The notes under the pieces are model-generated. The model ran no database searches, was not told where the DNA came from, and saw only the letters and a program-made list of their open reading frames with translations. The translations under genes and the position numbers were made by a program. DNA of 64,000 nt from an uncultured Planctomycetaceae bacterium. Lineage in GTDB: Bacteria > Planctomycetota > Planctomycetia > Pirellulales > PALSA-1355. Positions within the stretch are counted from its first letter, which is position 1. Each line of letters starts with the position of its first letter. Below, piece by piece: positions 35,129 to 45,479 of this stretch. The DNA lies in assembly GCA_963785305.1 (NCBI GenBank), contig CAWAUV010000009.1, forward strand, positions 448,001 to 512,000, read 5' to 3'.

Positions 35129-35372
35129 ATCTCGCTCCCTGCCGCTCACGATCCAGTGCTCGAACGTCTCGCGCCGACGCGCGAGGGGCGGGGATCATAG
35201 AAACATCCGCGGGCCGAAGAAAGACCAGTTCGATCGAATCGCGCGCGACGCGCCGACGGGAGCGAGCTCGCGGTGCAAGGGAAACATGGGCGGGGATATG
35301 CGCGGCTCGAAAAAAACGAGCGCGCCGGGTCCGTCGGGGCGATGACCACCGGCTAGGCCGCGCCGCCGGCGA

Positions 35373-38300
35373 TCATTTGGGCTGCTCGCATTGCACCACG
35401 CCCAGCGAGGTGATGCGGCTGCCGAGGTTCTGGCGCCCAAAAAGGCCCACGATCGGCAGGCCATTGCCGCCGAGATCGACTTCCTGCGAGCCGCCATTGC
35501 CGCCGACCCAATCGGTTTTGTACGACTTTTGAGGATTCAGGCCCGTGGCGGTCATTTCCATGAACGTGATCTCGAGACCATCGATCCACAGGCCCGCGCG
35601 GCCGTGAATGGCGCCGATCGCGTAGCCCTTTTTAGCCATCACTTTGAGCACCTGGGCATTGCGGCTGGCGTTGCCAAACACCGGCCCTGGCACGGTAGGT
35701 TTTTTATCCGTCTGAAAGATCGGCCGCAGCCCGGTTATGCCCGAGGTGTCGCCGATGATCTCGATTCCGACCAGGACCCCGCCCACCTCGGGCACGGCGG
35801 CGACCGCGGTTCCATTCGTCGCGCCGAGCTCGGGAGACTTCACCAAGTTTCCCGCCTTGACCTGGGCCGCGATGGATTTCAGGAGTGCTTTGATGTCGGC
35901 GGTCGTGGGGGCGGCGCCGCTGTTCTTCGCGTCTGGGCCCGAGCTCTTGTCGCTGCTCCCGGCCGGCTCGCTCTTGGCGACCACGATAATGCGTTTCTCG
36001 GCCTTGATGCGCTGCACTCCCGAGAGGCTGGGCATCGCTCGCTCATACCAGTAGCTGGCATGGGCCAGGAGATTGTCCTTTTTGAGGCCGGTTTGCGAAT
36101 CCGCCAGATCATGCCAGCCATCGGCGAGCTCGAGTTGCTCCTCGGCGCCGCGCGGACCGGCAATCTCCTTGGTCGCCAGCGACTGTACGGACTCGTCGCC
36201 GCTCTTGGCCAAGCGAGGCAAGCCGGAATCCCAGTCGCCTTTGACCATGCACATGAAACGGCCGACGATGAGATTCGCCGCCGCGTCGTCGGGCGAGGTT
36301 TTCAAGGTCTCCATGCCGCTCTTCGCCTCGGCGTAACCGCTTTGCAACGACTTGAACTGCTTGCCTCGCTCGAGCACGCGCTCAGTCATTTTCGTGTCCT
36401 TGAGCGTCTTGCTCATCGAGAGCGCGAGCGACCCGAGCTTGCGGGCCACGTCGTATTGATCGGCCTTGATCGCGTCGTCCATGGCGCCGAGCGCCATTTC
36501 CACGAACTCGCGCTTCTCGTCGGGCTTGTCGGCCGCGGCCTCGGTTCCGGTGAGCACGCTCAATCGCAGCGCGGCCCCGTCGGTGTCGAATTGGTTGACG
36601 AGCTCGTCGACGGCGCTCATTGCCAACCGCGAATTCGCCGCGTCCATCGCCAGGGCGCGGGCCTTGTCGAGCAGCGCATCGCGCGCGGCCATGTCGCGCT
36701 GCTCGGCGCGGGCCTGGGTCATGAGGGTGTTCGCGAGCTCGACTTTCTTGGACTCCGTGGTCGCCGCGGCGACTTCCTTGGTGAATAGTTCGTCGACCAG
36801 CGATCGGGCCTTGCGGAGCGCTGCGCCCTCGGGCGCCGGCAGGCGAACACGCTTGCTATCGCGCGGGGGCGCGCTCGACATGCCGCCGGGCGGCGTAAAC
36901 GGCCGCGAATTTACCGCCGTGGCGCCCGACTCGCCCTCGCCGCTGGATTTCGGCTGCGATCGCGCCGCGGGCGGCGGCGACTGCCCGCCAACCAATTGTA
37001 GCGGCGGCAGCGAGAGCGGCTGATTGGTGTCGGGCCGGCGCAGCGAGGTGGGGTCGACACGGCGGAAGCCGAATGTGAACTTGCCCGAACCGCTTCCGCC
37101 TCCCTCGTTCACATCGATTTGTCCCTCGCCCGCGAGACTCTCGGCGATTCCGAGTTTCTCGTCGAACAGGAGTGTCGCTTCGCTCGATATCTGCAATAGA
37201 GGCTTCACGCCCTCTTTTTTGCTCAAGGTGATAAATTCATAGTGACGCTTGATGGTGACGATCGGCGATTCGAACGACACGATCTCATACGTGATTTTCT
37301 CGATCGCCGGAAACACCACGGTCTGTGTCGAAGTATGCGGTTGCTGGGGCGCGGGGCTTTGCGGCGGAGCAAATCGCGATCGCGAGCGGCTTGAGCGACT
37401 AAAGGCGGTCGGCGGACGCGGCACGGGGCGAGCGCCCGGCGCCGTCTGGGTGGCGATGACCTGCGAAAACGAAGTCAACCGCACTGCTTGCCAGGCGGTT
37501 TTGCCATCGCTCGGGAGCGGGTTGACGAACAGATCGGCCACGCTGCCGAGCGTTGCCGGCAAGGGCACGGCCTGTTTTTCATCGGTGATTTCGCCCTTGC
37601 TGCTGGCCACGAAGCTACCTTCGCCGCCCACGACTCCCGCGGCGCCGCCCGCTTCGCCCTTGTAATAGGAATTACAGCGGACGCTCCGCTTCTCGGCTTC
37701 GAGCTTGCGCGGATCGATCGTCACCATGATAAACGCCACGCTCGGCTGCACCCGCCGGCCGAGCAACGCGCCCTGCAACTCCTGCCCTTCGCTCGATAGA
37801 TCGTATTGCACATTGTGTTTGTCGAGCAGGCGGGCGACATCGGCCGAGGGCACCGCGAAGCCGATGTTCGAGATGTCCTCGCCCACCAGTTTGGCGCTGG
37901 CCACGCCCATCACATGCCCGCGGGTGTTGACCACCGGACCGCCGCTATTGCCATGGTTGATGGCGGCGTCGATCTGAAACATCTTGTCGCCGTTCTTATC
38001 CTTGCCTTTGATGACGCCGGCCACGATGCCGCGCGACATCTTGATGCTTTCGCCCACCGCGGTCGACAGCGGAAAACCGACGGCGAGCACATCTTCGTTC
38101 AGCTCGACTTTTTCCGAGTCGGCTAGCGGCAGGGCGGTGAGTCCCTTGGCGGCGATGCGCAGCACGGCCAAGTCATGGCTTTTGTCGACGCCCACGATTT
38201 CGACCGCATACGACTTTTCGTCGAGCGTCGCATTGATGTCGATCGCGCCTTCGACCACATGCGCAGGTGACCAAATAGCCATCGCTATTCACGACGAAAC

Positions 38301-38565
38301 CGGTGCCGCTGGCCTTGATGACTTCCGGTTCGCCGGGCCGCCGCTCGATCTTGGGCGCCTCGCCGATCTGGAGCACGCAAGCGCCATTCACGCTGACCGA
38401 AGTGTTGATGATCGTGGTCGTGGAGTTGAATTCATAGCCGTATTCGTCGCCTGGGCGCCACCTGTATTCGAGATCGGGCCCCTTGGCCGCGGCCAGCGCG
38501 GCCACGAAAGCCAAGCAACCCGCGAGCGCGCGGACCAGCGCCCGCCAAAGCGGCGCCACTCCCAT
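35373..38565 (-). CDS. Large secreted trypsin-like (S1C) serine protease with extra helical and C-terminal domains; frameshift near 38265
   Basis: SGTGFVV...VTCAHVV, DLAVL, INHGNSGGP; signal peptide in ORF 38173..38634. Confidence 0.85.
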
Positions 38566-39052
38566 TGCGGCGCTCCCGCCAGGCAAGCGCGAGTTCGAAC
38601 AGGTTCCACCCGACCGGCTGCCAAGCAGGCTCATGGATTCTTTCCTTCAACGAGTGCGACGATGGGGCACGGTAGGCGACACCCAACTCCGGCGTTAACC
38701 AAGGCAATCCGGACCATCGGCGCCGAGTGTTTTTCCGCTTATCCCGAAGACTCGCCAGCGGGCCGCGGGCCAAAGCGTTGTCGGAGCGGCTGTTACTTTA
38801 ACAGATCGACGAATTTTAGGGAAACTTTTTTGTTGTTCTCCAGGCGACGCCAGCGGCTCCGATCTCCGCCGCCAATGCTTCGCGAAACCGGACTCCTTCG
38901 ACCCGAGCGCCGGTTTGCCGACGTTCCTTCGGTTTTAGGCTTAACATCGGCGGTTTCCCGCGCTAGAATTCGGCCTCCTCACCCTCGGGCGCCGTTCGGC
39001 GCGCCTGCGGCCGCGGCACGGTCTTCTCTCCAAACGCTTTTGCTGGTTCGCC

Positions 39053-40705
39053 ATGGCTTCTCCCGAATTGCAGGTTCTCGGACGTGTCTTGCTGCGAGCC
39101 TGCCGACGTTGGCAGTGGCGCAGATAAAATCTCGGACTCGACCGGCGCCTCGCTCTCCGGCGGCGCACTGCTGGCCCGGGCCCTGGTGCTCGACCGCTTG
39201 CTGGCGCGTCATGTGCTCAAGCCGCTGGAAGCGTCGACCGCCCCGCCCGACGCATCGCCCGAAGATCGCACGCCGCCCGGGGCCATCGTGGGAGTGCTCT
39301 TGCCGCCGAGCGTGCCGGCGGTGGTGGTCAATGCGGCGCTGGTGCTCGCGCGCGCGTGGCGGTGAACTTGAACTACACCATGTCGACCGAGATCATGAAC
39401 GAGTGCCTGCGGATCGCGGGCATTCGCCAAGTGCTCACGAGTCGCCGCTTCATGGAGAAGATGTCGTTCGGCCAGCTCGACGCGGAGTTGATTTATCTGG
39501 AGGACCTGCCCGGCAAAGCCACGCGGTGGGACAAAATGGTCGGCGCGGCGCTCGCTTACCTGGCGCCATCGGCGCTCTTGGAATGCAGGTTGCGGCTCAC
39601 GGAAGCACGGCCCGATGATCTTTTCACGATTGTGTTCACCTCGGGCTCGACGGGCCGTCCGAAGGGCGTGATGCTGACGAATCGCAACATCGCCTCGAAC
39701 ACGGTGGCCATTGGCGAAGTGATTCGGCTCAGCGCTTCCGACAAGCTCTGCGGAATCCTGCCGTTTTTCCATGCGTTTGGATTCACGGTCGCGCTCTGGG
39801 CGGTGCTGACGCTCGACCTCGAAGGCGCTTACCACTTCAGCCCGCTCGACGCCAAGGTGATCGGCAAGCTATGCCGCGAGCGCGGAGTGACGATCATGCT
39901 CGCGACGCCGACCTTTCTGCGCACTTATCTGCGCCGCTGCGAGCCCGAGGATTTCAAGACCTTGCAAGTCGTCGTGGTCGGGGCCGAAAAATTGCCGAAG
40001 GAATTGAGCGACGCCTTCGAGCACAAGTTTGGAGTGCGGCCGGTCGAAGGATACGGCACGACCGAGCTTTCGCCGCTCGTGTCGGTCAATATCCCGCCCT
40101 CGCGAGCGCTGCCGGGCGCCCTCATGGGACTCAAGGAAGGCACGGTCGGCCGGCCGGCGCCCGGAGTGTCGGTCAAAGTGGTCGATCCTGACACAGGGGC
40201 CGATCTCGCGCCGGGCGAAGCCGGCATGCTGCTAGTGAGCGGGCCCAATGTAATGCAGGGCTATTACCATCAGCCGGACAAGACCGCCGAAGTGATTCGC
40301 GATGGCTGGTATGTGACCGGCGATATCGCGATTCTCGACGCCGACGGCTTCATTCAAATCACCGGCCGCTTGAGCCGTTTTTCGAAAATCGGCGGCGAGA
40401 TGATCCCGCATCTTCGCATCGAGGAAGCGCTGGAGAAAATTCTCTCGCCCGAGGAACACGCGCTCGTGGCCGTGGTGACCGCCGTGCCCGACGCTCGCCG
40501 CGGCGAACGGCTGGTGGTGCTTCACACGCAACTCGCGCAATCGCCCGAGGCGATCTGCGAATCGCTCCGTGCTTTGGGTCTGCCGAACTTGTGGATTCCA
40601 TCTCCGGATAGTTTCGCGGAAGTGCCTGAAATTCCGCTGCTGGGCTCGGGTAAACTCGATTTGCAAGCGATCAAACGCGTGGCGCTCGAGCGCTTCGCGG
40701 AGTGA
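39053..40705 (+). CDS. AMP-binding acyl-ACP synthetase (Aas C-terminal-like); frameshifts near 39125 and 39350
   Basis: FTSGSTGRPKGV, EGYGTTE, WYVTGD, RFSKIGGEM, LLGSGK. Confidence 0.88.
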
Positions 40706-41691
40706 AATGGGCACATCCTTTTCCCCACGGCCCCACGGGGGTCAACGCAAGGGCCTATGAAGCGGCCTGTCGACAAGGAATGGTGGAAGTTGGCCGAATG
40801 TTCGTCACGCGAACTAGCGAGCTTGTCGGACCCAAATGGATCGTCGACTTTCCCACCAAAAAGCATTGGCGGCATCCCTCGCGTATGGAGTGGGTAAGGT
40901 CTGGACTTCAGGACTTGGTTCGGGTGATCCGCGAGGAAAGAATCCGATCAATAGCCATGCCGCCTTTAGGCTGCGGCAATGGCGGACTGGAGTGGTCGCA
41001 GGTTCGCCGTGAGATCGAAGGCGAGTTCGCTGAACTAGGGGATACTGAAATTATCGTCTTTGAGCCGATCACCGCGTATCAAAACGCCCCCAAGCGAGCA
41101 GGAATTGAAGAGTTGACGCCGGCTCGCGCCTTGATCGCGGAGCTTGTGCGACAGTATTCAGTTCCGGGAATCGAATGCACGAACCTGGAAGTTCAAACAC
41201 TCGCTTGGTTCTTACAGCGCTCGGTTGAGCGACTGAATCTACCCGACCTGCTCTCGCTAAGCTTCGCCGCGAACAAATATGGTCCTTACGCCGACCAATT
41301 GCGCCATTTGCCGAATGGACTGGATGGCAGCTATCTGCATTGTGAGAAACGCTTGAGCGATGCCGGGCCCTTTGACACGATCTGGTTCGAGGATTCTCGT
41401 CGCGAGGCGGCACAAGCGTTTTTGAAGAGCGACGCGGCCAAGCAATACGCGCCGGCGCTCGAAAAGACGAGTGCTCTCATTGATGGTTTCGAGTCCCCCC
41501 TGGGAATGGAACTCTTGGCGACGGTCGATTGGCTGTTATTCCGAGAACATTGCGAGCCCACGGTCGAAGGCGTGCGAATGGGGATAAAGCACTGGGCTGG
41601 CGGCGCCACTTCGGCTCGCCGCAAGAACAAATTATTTGACGATCGAATTCTTGTCTTGGCGTTGGAGCGATTGCAACAATTCGCCGCGTGA
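40702..41691 (+). pseudogene. DarG-like macrodomain protein lacking its N-terminus
   Basis: FPTKKHWRHPS, SIAMPPLGCGNGGLEW, LTPARA, YGPYA, GFESPLGMELLATVDW; the N-terminal macro motif (N.VN..GVMG.G) is absent and no darT lies upstream. Confidence 0.75.
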
Positions 41692-41849
41692 CGAACTGGA
41701 TGCTGACAAAACCGGGACTGCACCGACGCCCATGGGCACGCCCGCGCGGCTGCGCCCGAAGCCGTAATCACTGGCAGTCGCCATGCCTGCCGAGTCGATC
41801 GAACTGGAGCCGAACTCGTTCGCCATCGCCGCCATATGGGGGGAAGTTT

Positions 41850-41924
41850 CCACAGAGGAATCCGCCCTGCGACCTCGCGGCCGCCCGCAGGCGCATTTTC
41901 CCGCCCCTCCCTCAAACAATGAGT
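41850..41924 (+). pseudogene. 3'-terminal remnant and right end of a Y1/RAYT-like transposase element (site A, interrupted by intron 1)
   Basis: ESALRPRGRPQAHF...SNNE parallels STLGPRGRPQVHF...PNNES* at 47714-47794. Confidence 0.7.
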
Positions 41925-43859
41925 ATCGCGGTAGGGATGGCCCTTTCGGGCCACCCCCCGCACAGATCCGTACGTGCGGAACTACCGCATACGGCTCCTA
42001 CCTTGGATACAAACGACCAAACCGCACTTCGGGATAAGGATGCAGGATTTTCGGGGTGGGAAGCCATCGTTTGCAAAGCTGCGAGAACTTCCGCCAGGTC
42101 ATCCGGCGTCCGCGTTGGCTGCGTCGCCGCAGCATGCGGAGCCAGAGTTTCTGGAGCGCCGTGCGGAATTGTTGCAATCGCACCGAGTTGCCGGGAATCG
42201 CATGGTAATTGAGCCATCCCCGGTAAACGCTCGATAGCCATGGCCCGACTTGCGCCAAGTCCATGTGCATTTTCCCGCGCAGCGCTTCTTTCAGTTCGCG
42301 CAGTTTGCCACGAAACTTCTTGGCCGATGAGATGCGGCGAATGGTGAATTCGCCCTTCCGGGTCACGCCACTGATGTGGGTGAAGCCCAGGAAGTCGAAT
42401 GTCTCCGGTGGGCCATCGCCACGCTTCGATCGTCGTTCGGCCGCATAGCGTCCGAACTCGATCAGCCGCGTCTTCTCCGGGTGCGGTTCCAAACCGAATT
42501 TGGTGAAGCGTTCCCGGAGCGCCGCCAGGCAGCGTCGCGCGTCGGACTCCTCGCGGAATCCGACTACGAAATCATCCGCATAGCGCACGATGATGACCTC
42601 GCCCACGGCATGGCGTTTCCGCCACGCCACCAGCCACAGGTCCAGAACATAGTGCAAGAACACGTTCGAATAGAGCGGCGAAATCACCGCTCCTTGAGGT
42701 GTTCCCACGGTGCTCGGGGACCATTCGCCATCTTCCGACACTCCGGCTCGAAGCCATTTCTTCAGCAGCCGAAGCAGTCGTCGGTCGGCGATCCGATGCT
42801 CCAGGAACTTCATCAACCATGCGTGGTCGATGTTGTCGAAGAAGCCGCGGATGTCCGCATCCAAAATCCAGTTCACTTTCCGCTTCTTGATGCCCACGTA
42901 GAGCGCGTCCAAGGCTCGGTGACAGCTTCGTCCAGGACGAAAGCCGTAACTGAAACCCAGAAAGTCCTCTTCGTAGATGCACTCCAGGATCGTCCGTACG
43001 GCTTGCTGGACGATCTTGTCCTCCAGCGCCGCGATCCCGAGGGGCCGCGGCTTGCCGTCGAGCTTGGGAATCCAAGTTCGCTTGGACGGCCTGGCTCGAT
43101 AGGCTCCCCGATGGATTCGACTGTGCGGATCGTCGATCCGCGTTTCGAAATCGGTGGCGTATTGAGCCCATGTCAGGCCATCGACGCCGGGCGCGGCTTG
43201 CTTCTTCAGGTCGAAGAAACTCGCCACCAGCAGTTCGGGCGTGACATGGTTCAGCAGATTGTTGAACCGCATCTTCTTGTCGCGTTGTGCCGCTTCTCGC
43301 ACGCCCAGCAGTCCGCGCGACCTGGGAGCCCGGCGTGTGTCCGGTCCAGTAGCGACTGCTCGGCGTTCTCCTCGGTCAGCTCCCTTCCCTCCACGGGCTC
43401 CGCCGACAGCGGCACGCTGTCGTTGTTCGCCTGCTTCTTTGGTACTATGGAACTGTCTGACTCCCCGGGAACGTGCATGTCGGACTTGTGGCCTCGCGCC
43501 TTCTCCGACCGATCCGCTTCAAGCGAAGCGGATGTTCCCGGGATCTCCCGGCTTCCGCGAGAAAAGTTTCCGGCCGTGCGGGTGGTCCCGGACTCCGTGG
43601 GGGAGACGTCGGACTCGCCATGATCGTTCGACATCACTGTTGCCTTCCCGCATGAATCGAGCGACGGGGTCAGGACAAGGTCGGCCGCCACAAAAGAATG
43701 TTTTCGGAGCTCGATACACCGCCCGGCCGTGCCTCTGTGAACGCTTCGCCCTGCCAGTTGCCCGACACGACGCATCACTCGAGGCCGAGGTGGCTGGCTA
43801 GGCCTTGCCTCGTGCGACTCTTTCATTCGCTACTCTCCTCCGGCTTCGCGCCGGCGCAC
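41925..43859 (-). mobile_element. Group II intron, copy 1 (1935 nt)
   Basis: 5' GTGCG at 43859; DV GAGCCGTATGCGGTAGTTCCGCACGTACGGATC; DVI ending CCCTACCGCGAT; near-identical to 45480-47398. Confidence 0.93.
41998..43302 (-). CDS. ltrA: Group II intron reverse transcriptase/maturase; no C-terminal endonuclease domain evident
   Basis: APGVDG, RPLGI, SYGFRPGRS, GTPQG, RYADD, FDFLGF. Confidence 0.95.
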   Translation of the reverse strand: MREAAQRDKKMRFNNLLNHVTPELLVASFFDLKKQAAPGVDGLTWAQYATDFETRIDDPHSRIHRGAYRARPSKRTWIPKLDGKPRPLGIAALEDKIVQQAVRTILECIYEEDFLGFSYGFRPGRSCHRALDALYVGIKKRKVNWILDADIRGFFDNIDHAWLMKFLEHRIADRRLLRLLKKWLRAGVSEDGEWSPSTVGTPQGAVISPLYSNVFLHYVLDLWLVAWRKRHAVGEVIIVRYADDFVVGFREESDARRCLAALRERFTKFGLEPHPEKTRLIEFGRYAAERRSKRGDGPPETFDFLGFTHISGVTRKGEFTIRRISSAKKFRGKLRELKEALRGKMHMDLAQVGPWLSSVYRGWLNYHAIPGNSVRLQQFRTALQKLWLRMLRRRSQRGRRMTWRKFSQLCKRWLPTPKILHPYPEVRFGRLYPR

Positions 43860-44342
43860 CCTGACCCCTTTGGATTGTTCCGCCGAATAGCGATTTAACC
43901 ACCGTGCCCAATAATCCGGGAAATGCCTACCGCCCCGATTCAGGACTTCTTCAACAATAACATCACCTGTGCGGCCATCGCAAAGTTCCATAACTAGCCG
44001 GAAGCGAACAGCATTTTGGTCATTTAAGGGTAAATCGAATCCGCTGTTAGCAAGCAAGCGAAGTAGTTCTCTGGTGAAGCCGTCGATGCACTCCTGCGCA
44101 AATTGATAAGCCATTTCCCGATGAGCTGGATTAAGTTCGGCTAGATGGTCGTATGGCACACGGAAAACTGTGGCAAGTTGCTCTCTTGCTTGCGTGGACT
44201 CGATCAACCTACGCTTGTCATTCAAGACGAGATTGCGCATCCAGAACACGTATTGCCCAAAGATTCCAACTAATGCTTCGTGACGTTCGTTTCGATCAGT
44301 CGGAAGTTGGTCGAGCGTTATTGTTATCGTTGGGGGGCGCAT
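43830..44342 (-). CDS. Putative immunity protein; its 3' end runs through the AAAGGGGTCAGG site into intron 1
   Basis: Starts 14 nt after the toxin stop with a gaggt RBS; AT-richer than flanks; ...AEQSKGVR is followed by intron sequence. Confidence 0.6.
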   Translation of the reverse strand: MRPPTITITLDQLPTDRNERHEALVGIFGQYVFWMRNLVLNDKRRLIESTQAREQLATVFRVPYDHLAELNPAHREMAYQFAQECIDGFTRELLRLLANSGFDLPLNDQNAVRFRLVMELCDGRTGDVIVEEVLNRGGRHFPDYWARWLNRYSAEQSKGVRVRRREAGGE

Positions 44343-44356
44343 TATGAGGGCTACCT

Positions 44357-45205
44357 CTATCTGTGAAGGGGCATGTAATCATAGGGATGAGTGTCTTTAT
44401 TGAGATCGATCAATTCTTGCAGCGCCGAATTTGGCGCGTTTGTGTTGTTGCGCAGACTCCGAATCTCATCCGCTAGAAGGTCTCGCGCGCTCGCGGGAGC
44501 GCTTTGCGCGGGCCTGCGCGGCCGTCACAGCTTCATGCTCAGAGGTTGGTAATCGGATTGCCGGCTCGTTGCCGACAGTATTAACGGGATTAAACTCGCC
44601 AATCACAGATTCCGCCTGCCTCGACTGCGGAGCGTGATTTACTTGAGTGCCGGGGACAGGATTCTTGCGCAGGTCTTTTGCCCGACCAACATCATAGACG
44701 CCCTTGCCCGTGTTACTTGGAGCGCCGGTTGTCGTTGGCAGGCAGTCGTCGGGACCTCCATTATGCGTGAGGATGTGGTTGTTGCCAACGGCGTAGTTAT
44801 GCAGTCCGTCGACATGCAGGTTGAATACCTCGGTCGCCTCGAATCGTAGTTCAAGCTCGGTAATCGCCTCGATCCGCCCATCTTGAAGCAGCAGTTCGTC
44901 GCCGATCCGCAGGTCGCCAGCGTCGACCCAGCGGCTTGGCCCCGCAGCGGACGGTTCGTCCGGATGCGGCGCAAGGTGCGCGGCCGCTCGTCCAGGGATT
45001 CGCCGCGGACCACCCAGAAAGGATGCGTCGCCGTGGCGCGAAGTTCCTCACCCGCCGCGCGGAACCGCGCCATTAAGCCCGCATGATCCGAGCGGACCGT
45101 GCGCAGCACTTCGCGCAGCTCCCAGCGGTCATCGCGAAGGTTGCGAGCCCAGACTCGCTGACCCACGCTGATTTGTTCGATCGGCTTGAGCCCAGTTTCG
45201 CTCGC
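44357..45205 (-). pseudogene. 5'-truncated polymorphic toxin: pretoxin Hint domain plus a C-terminal putative HNH/EndoVII-type nuclease; two frameshifts
   Basis: ETGLKPIEQISVGQRVWAR, ATATHPFWV, WVDAGDLRIGD, VFNLHVDGLHNYAVG...THN (44760), then YDVG...VNHAPQ...PAIRLPTSEH...SARDLLADEIR...NAPNSALQELIDLNK. Confidence 0.8.
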
Positions 45206-45209
45206 GGAG

Positions 45210-45323
45210 AAAAAGGGGACGCGAGTCGATAGTGACGTTGGGGGCGAGCGGAATTAGCCTGGCGGGATGCCGCGGATCGCTCGTTATGCGCCGAAGTGAT
45301 TGATTTACCATGCGTTGAACCGC
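45210..45323 (+). pseudogene. Left end (site D) and 5' remnant of a related Y1/RAYT-like transposase element
   Basis: AAAAAGGGGACGCGAGTC at 45210-45227, then MPRIARYAPK*LIYHALNR from 45267, parallel to MPR...VYHALNR at 47440. Confidence 0.7.
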
Positions 45324-45479
45324 TCGTGTCCTTCCGGCGAACCTGCGTGAATTGGTCGGAGCGGTTTGCTAGCGTGGGGAGGTGGTCCCAAATGCTAGCG
45401 AGGTGGGCGATGCGTGACGGCGGACGGCGGCACGGCCAGCGCATATCAAACTTGTTTCCCGGTGAGGACTTGGGTGAGG

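Noticed and set aside
40737..40744. GGGGGTCA just before the truncated DarG homology as a fifth element end
   Set aside because: It lacks the GGACTC continuation and has the wrong polarity relative to the passenger gene; it may be chance in GC-rich DNA.
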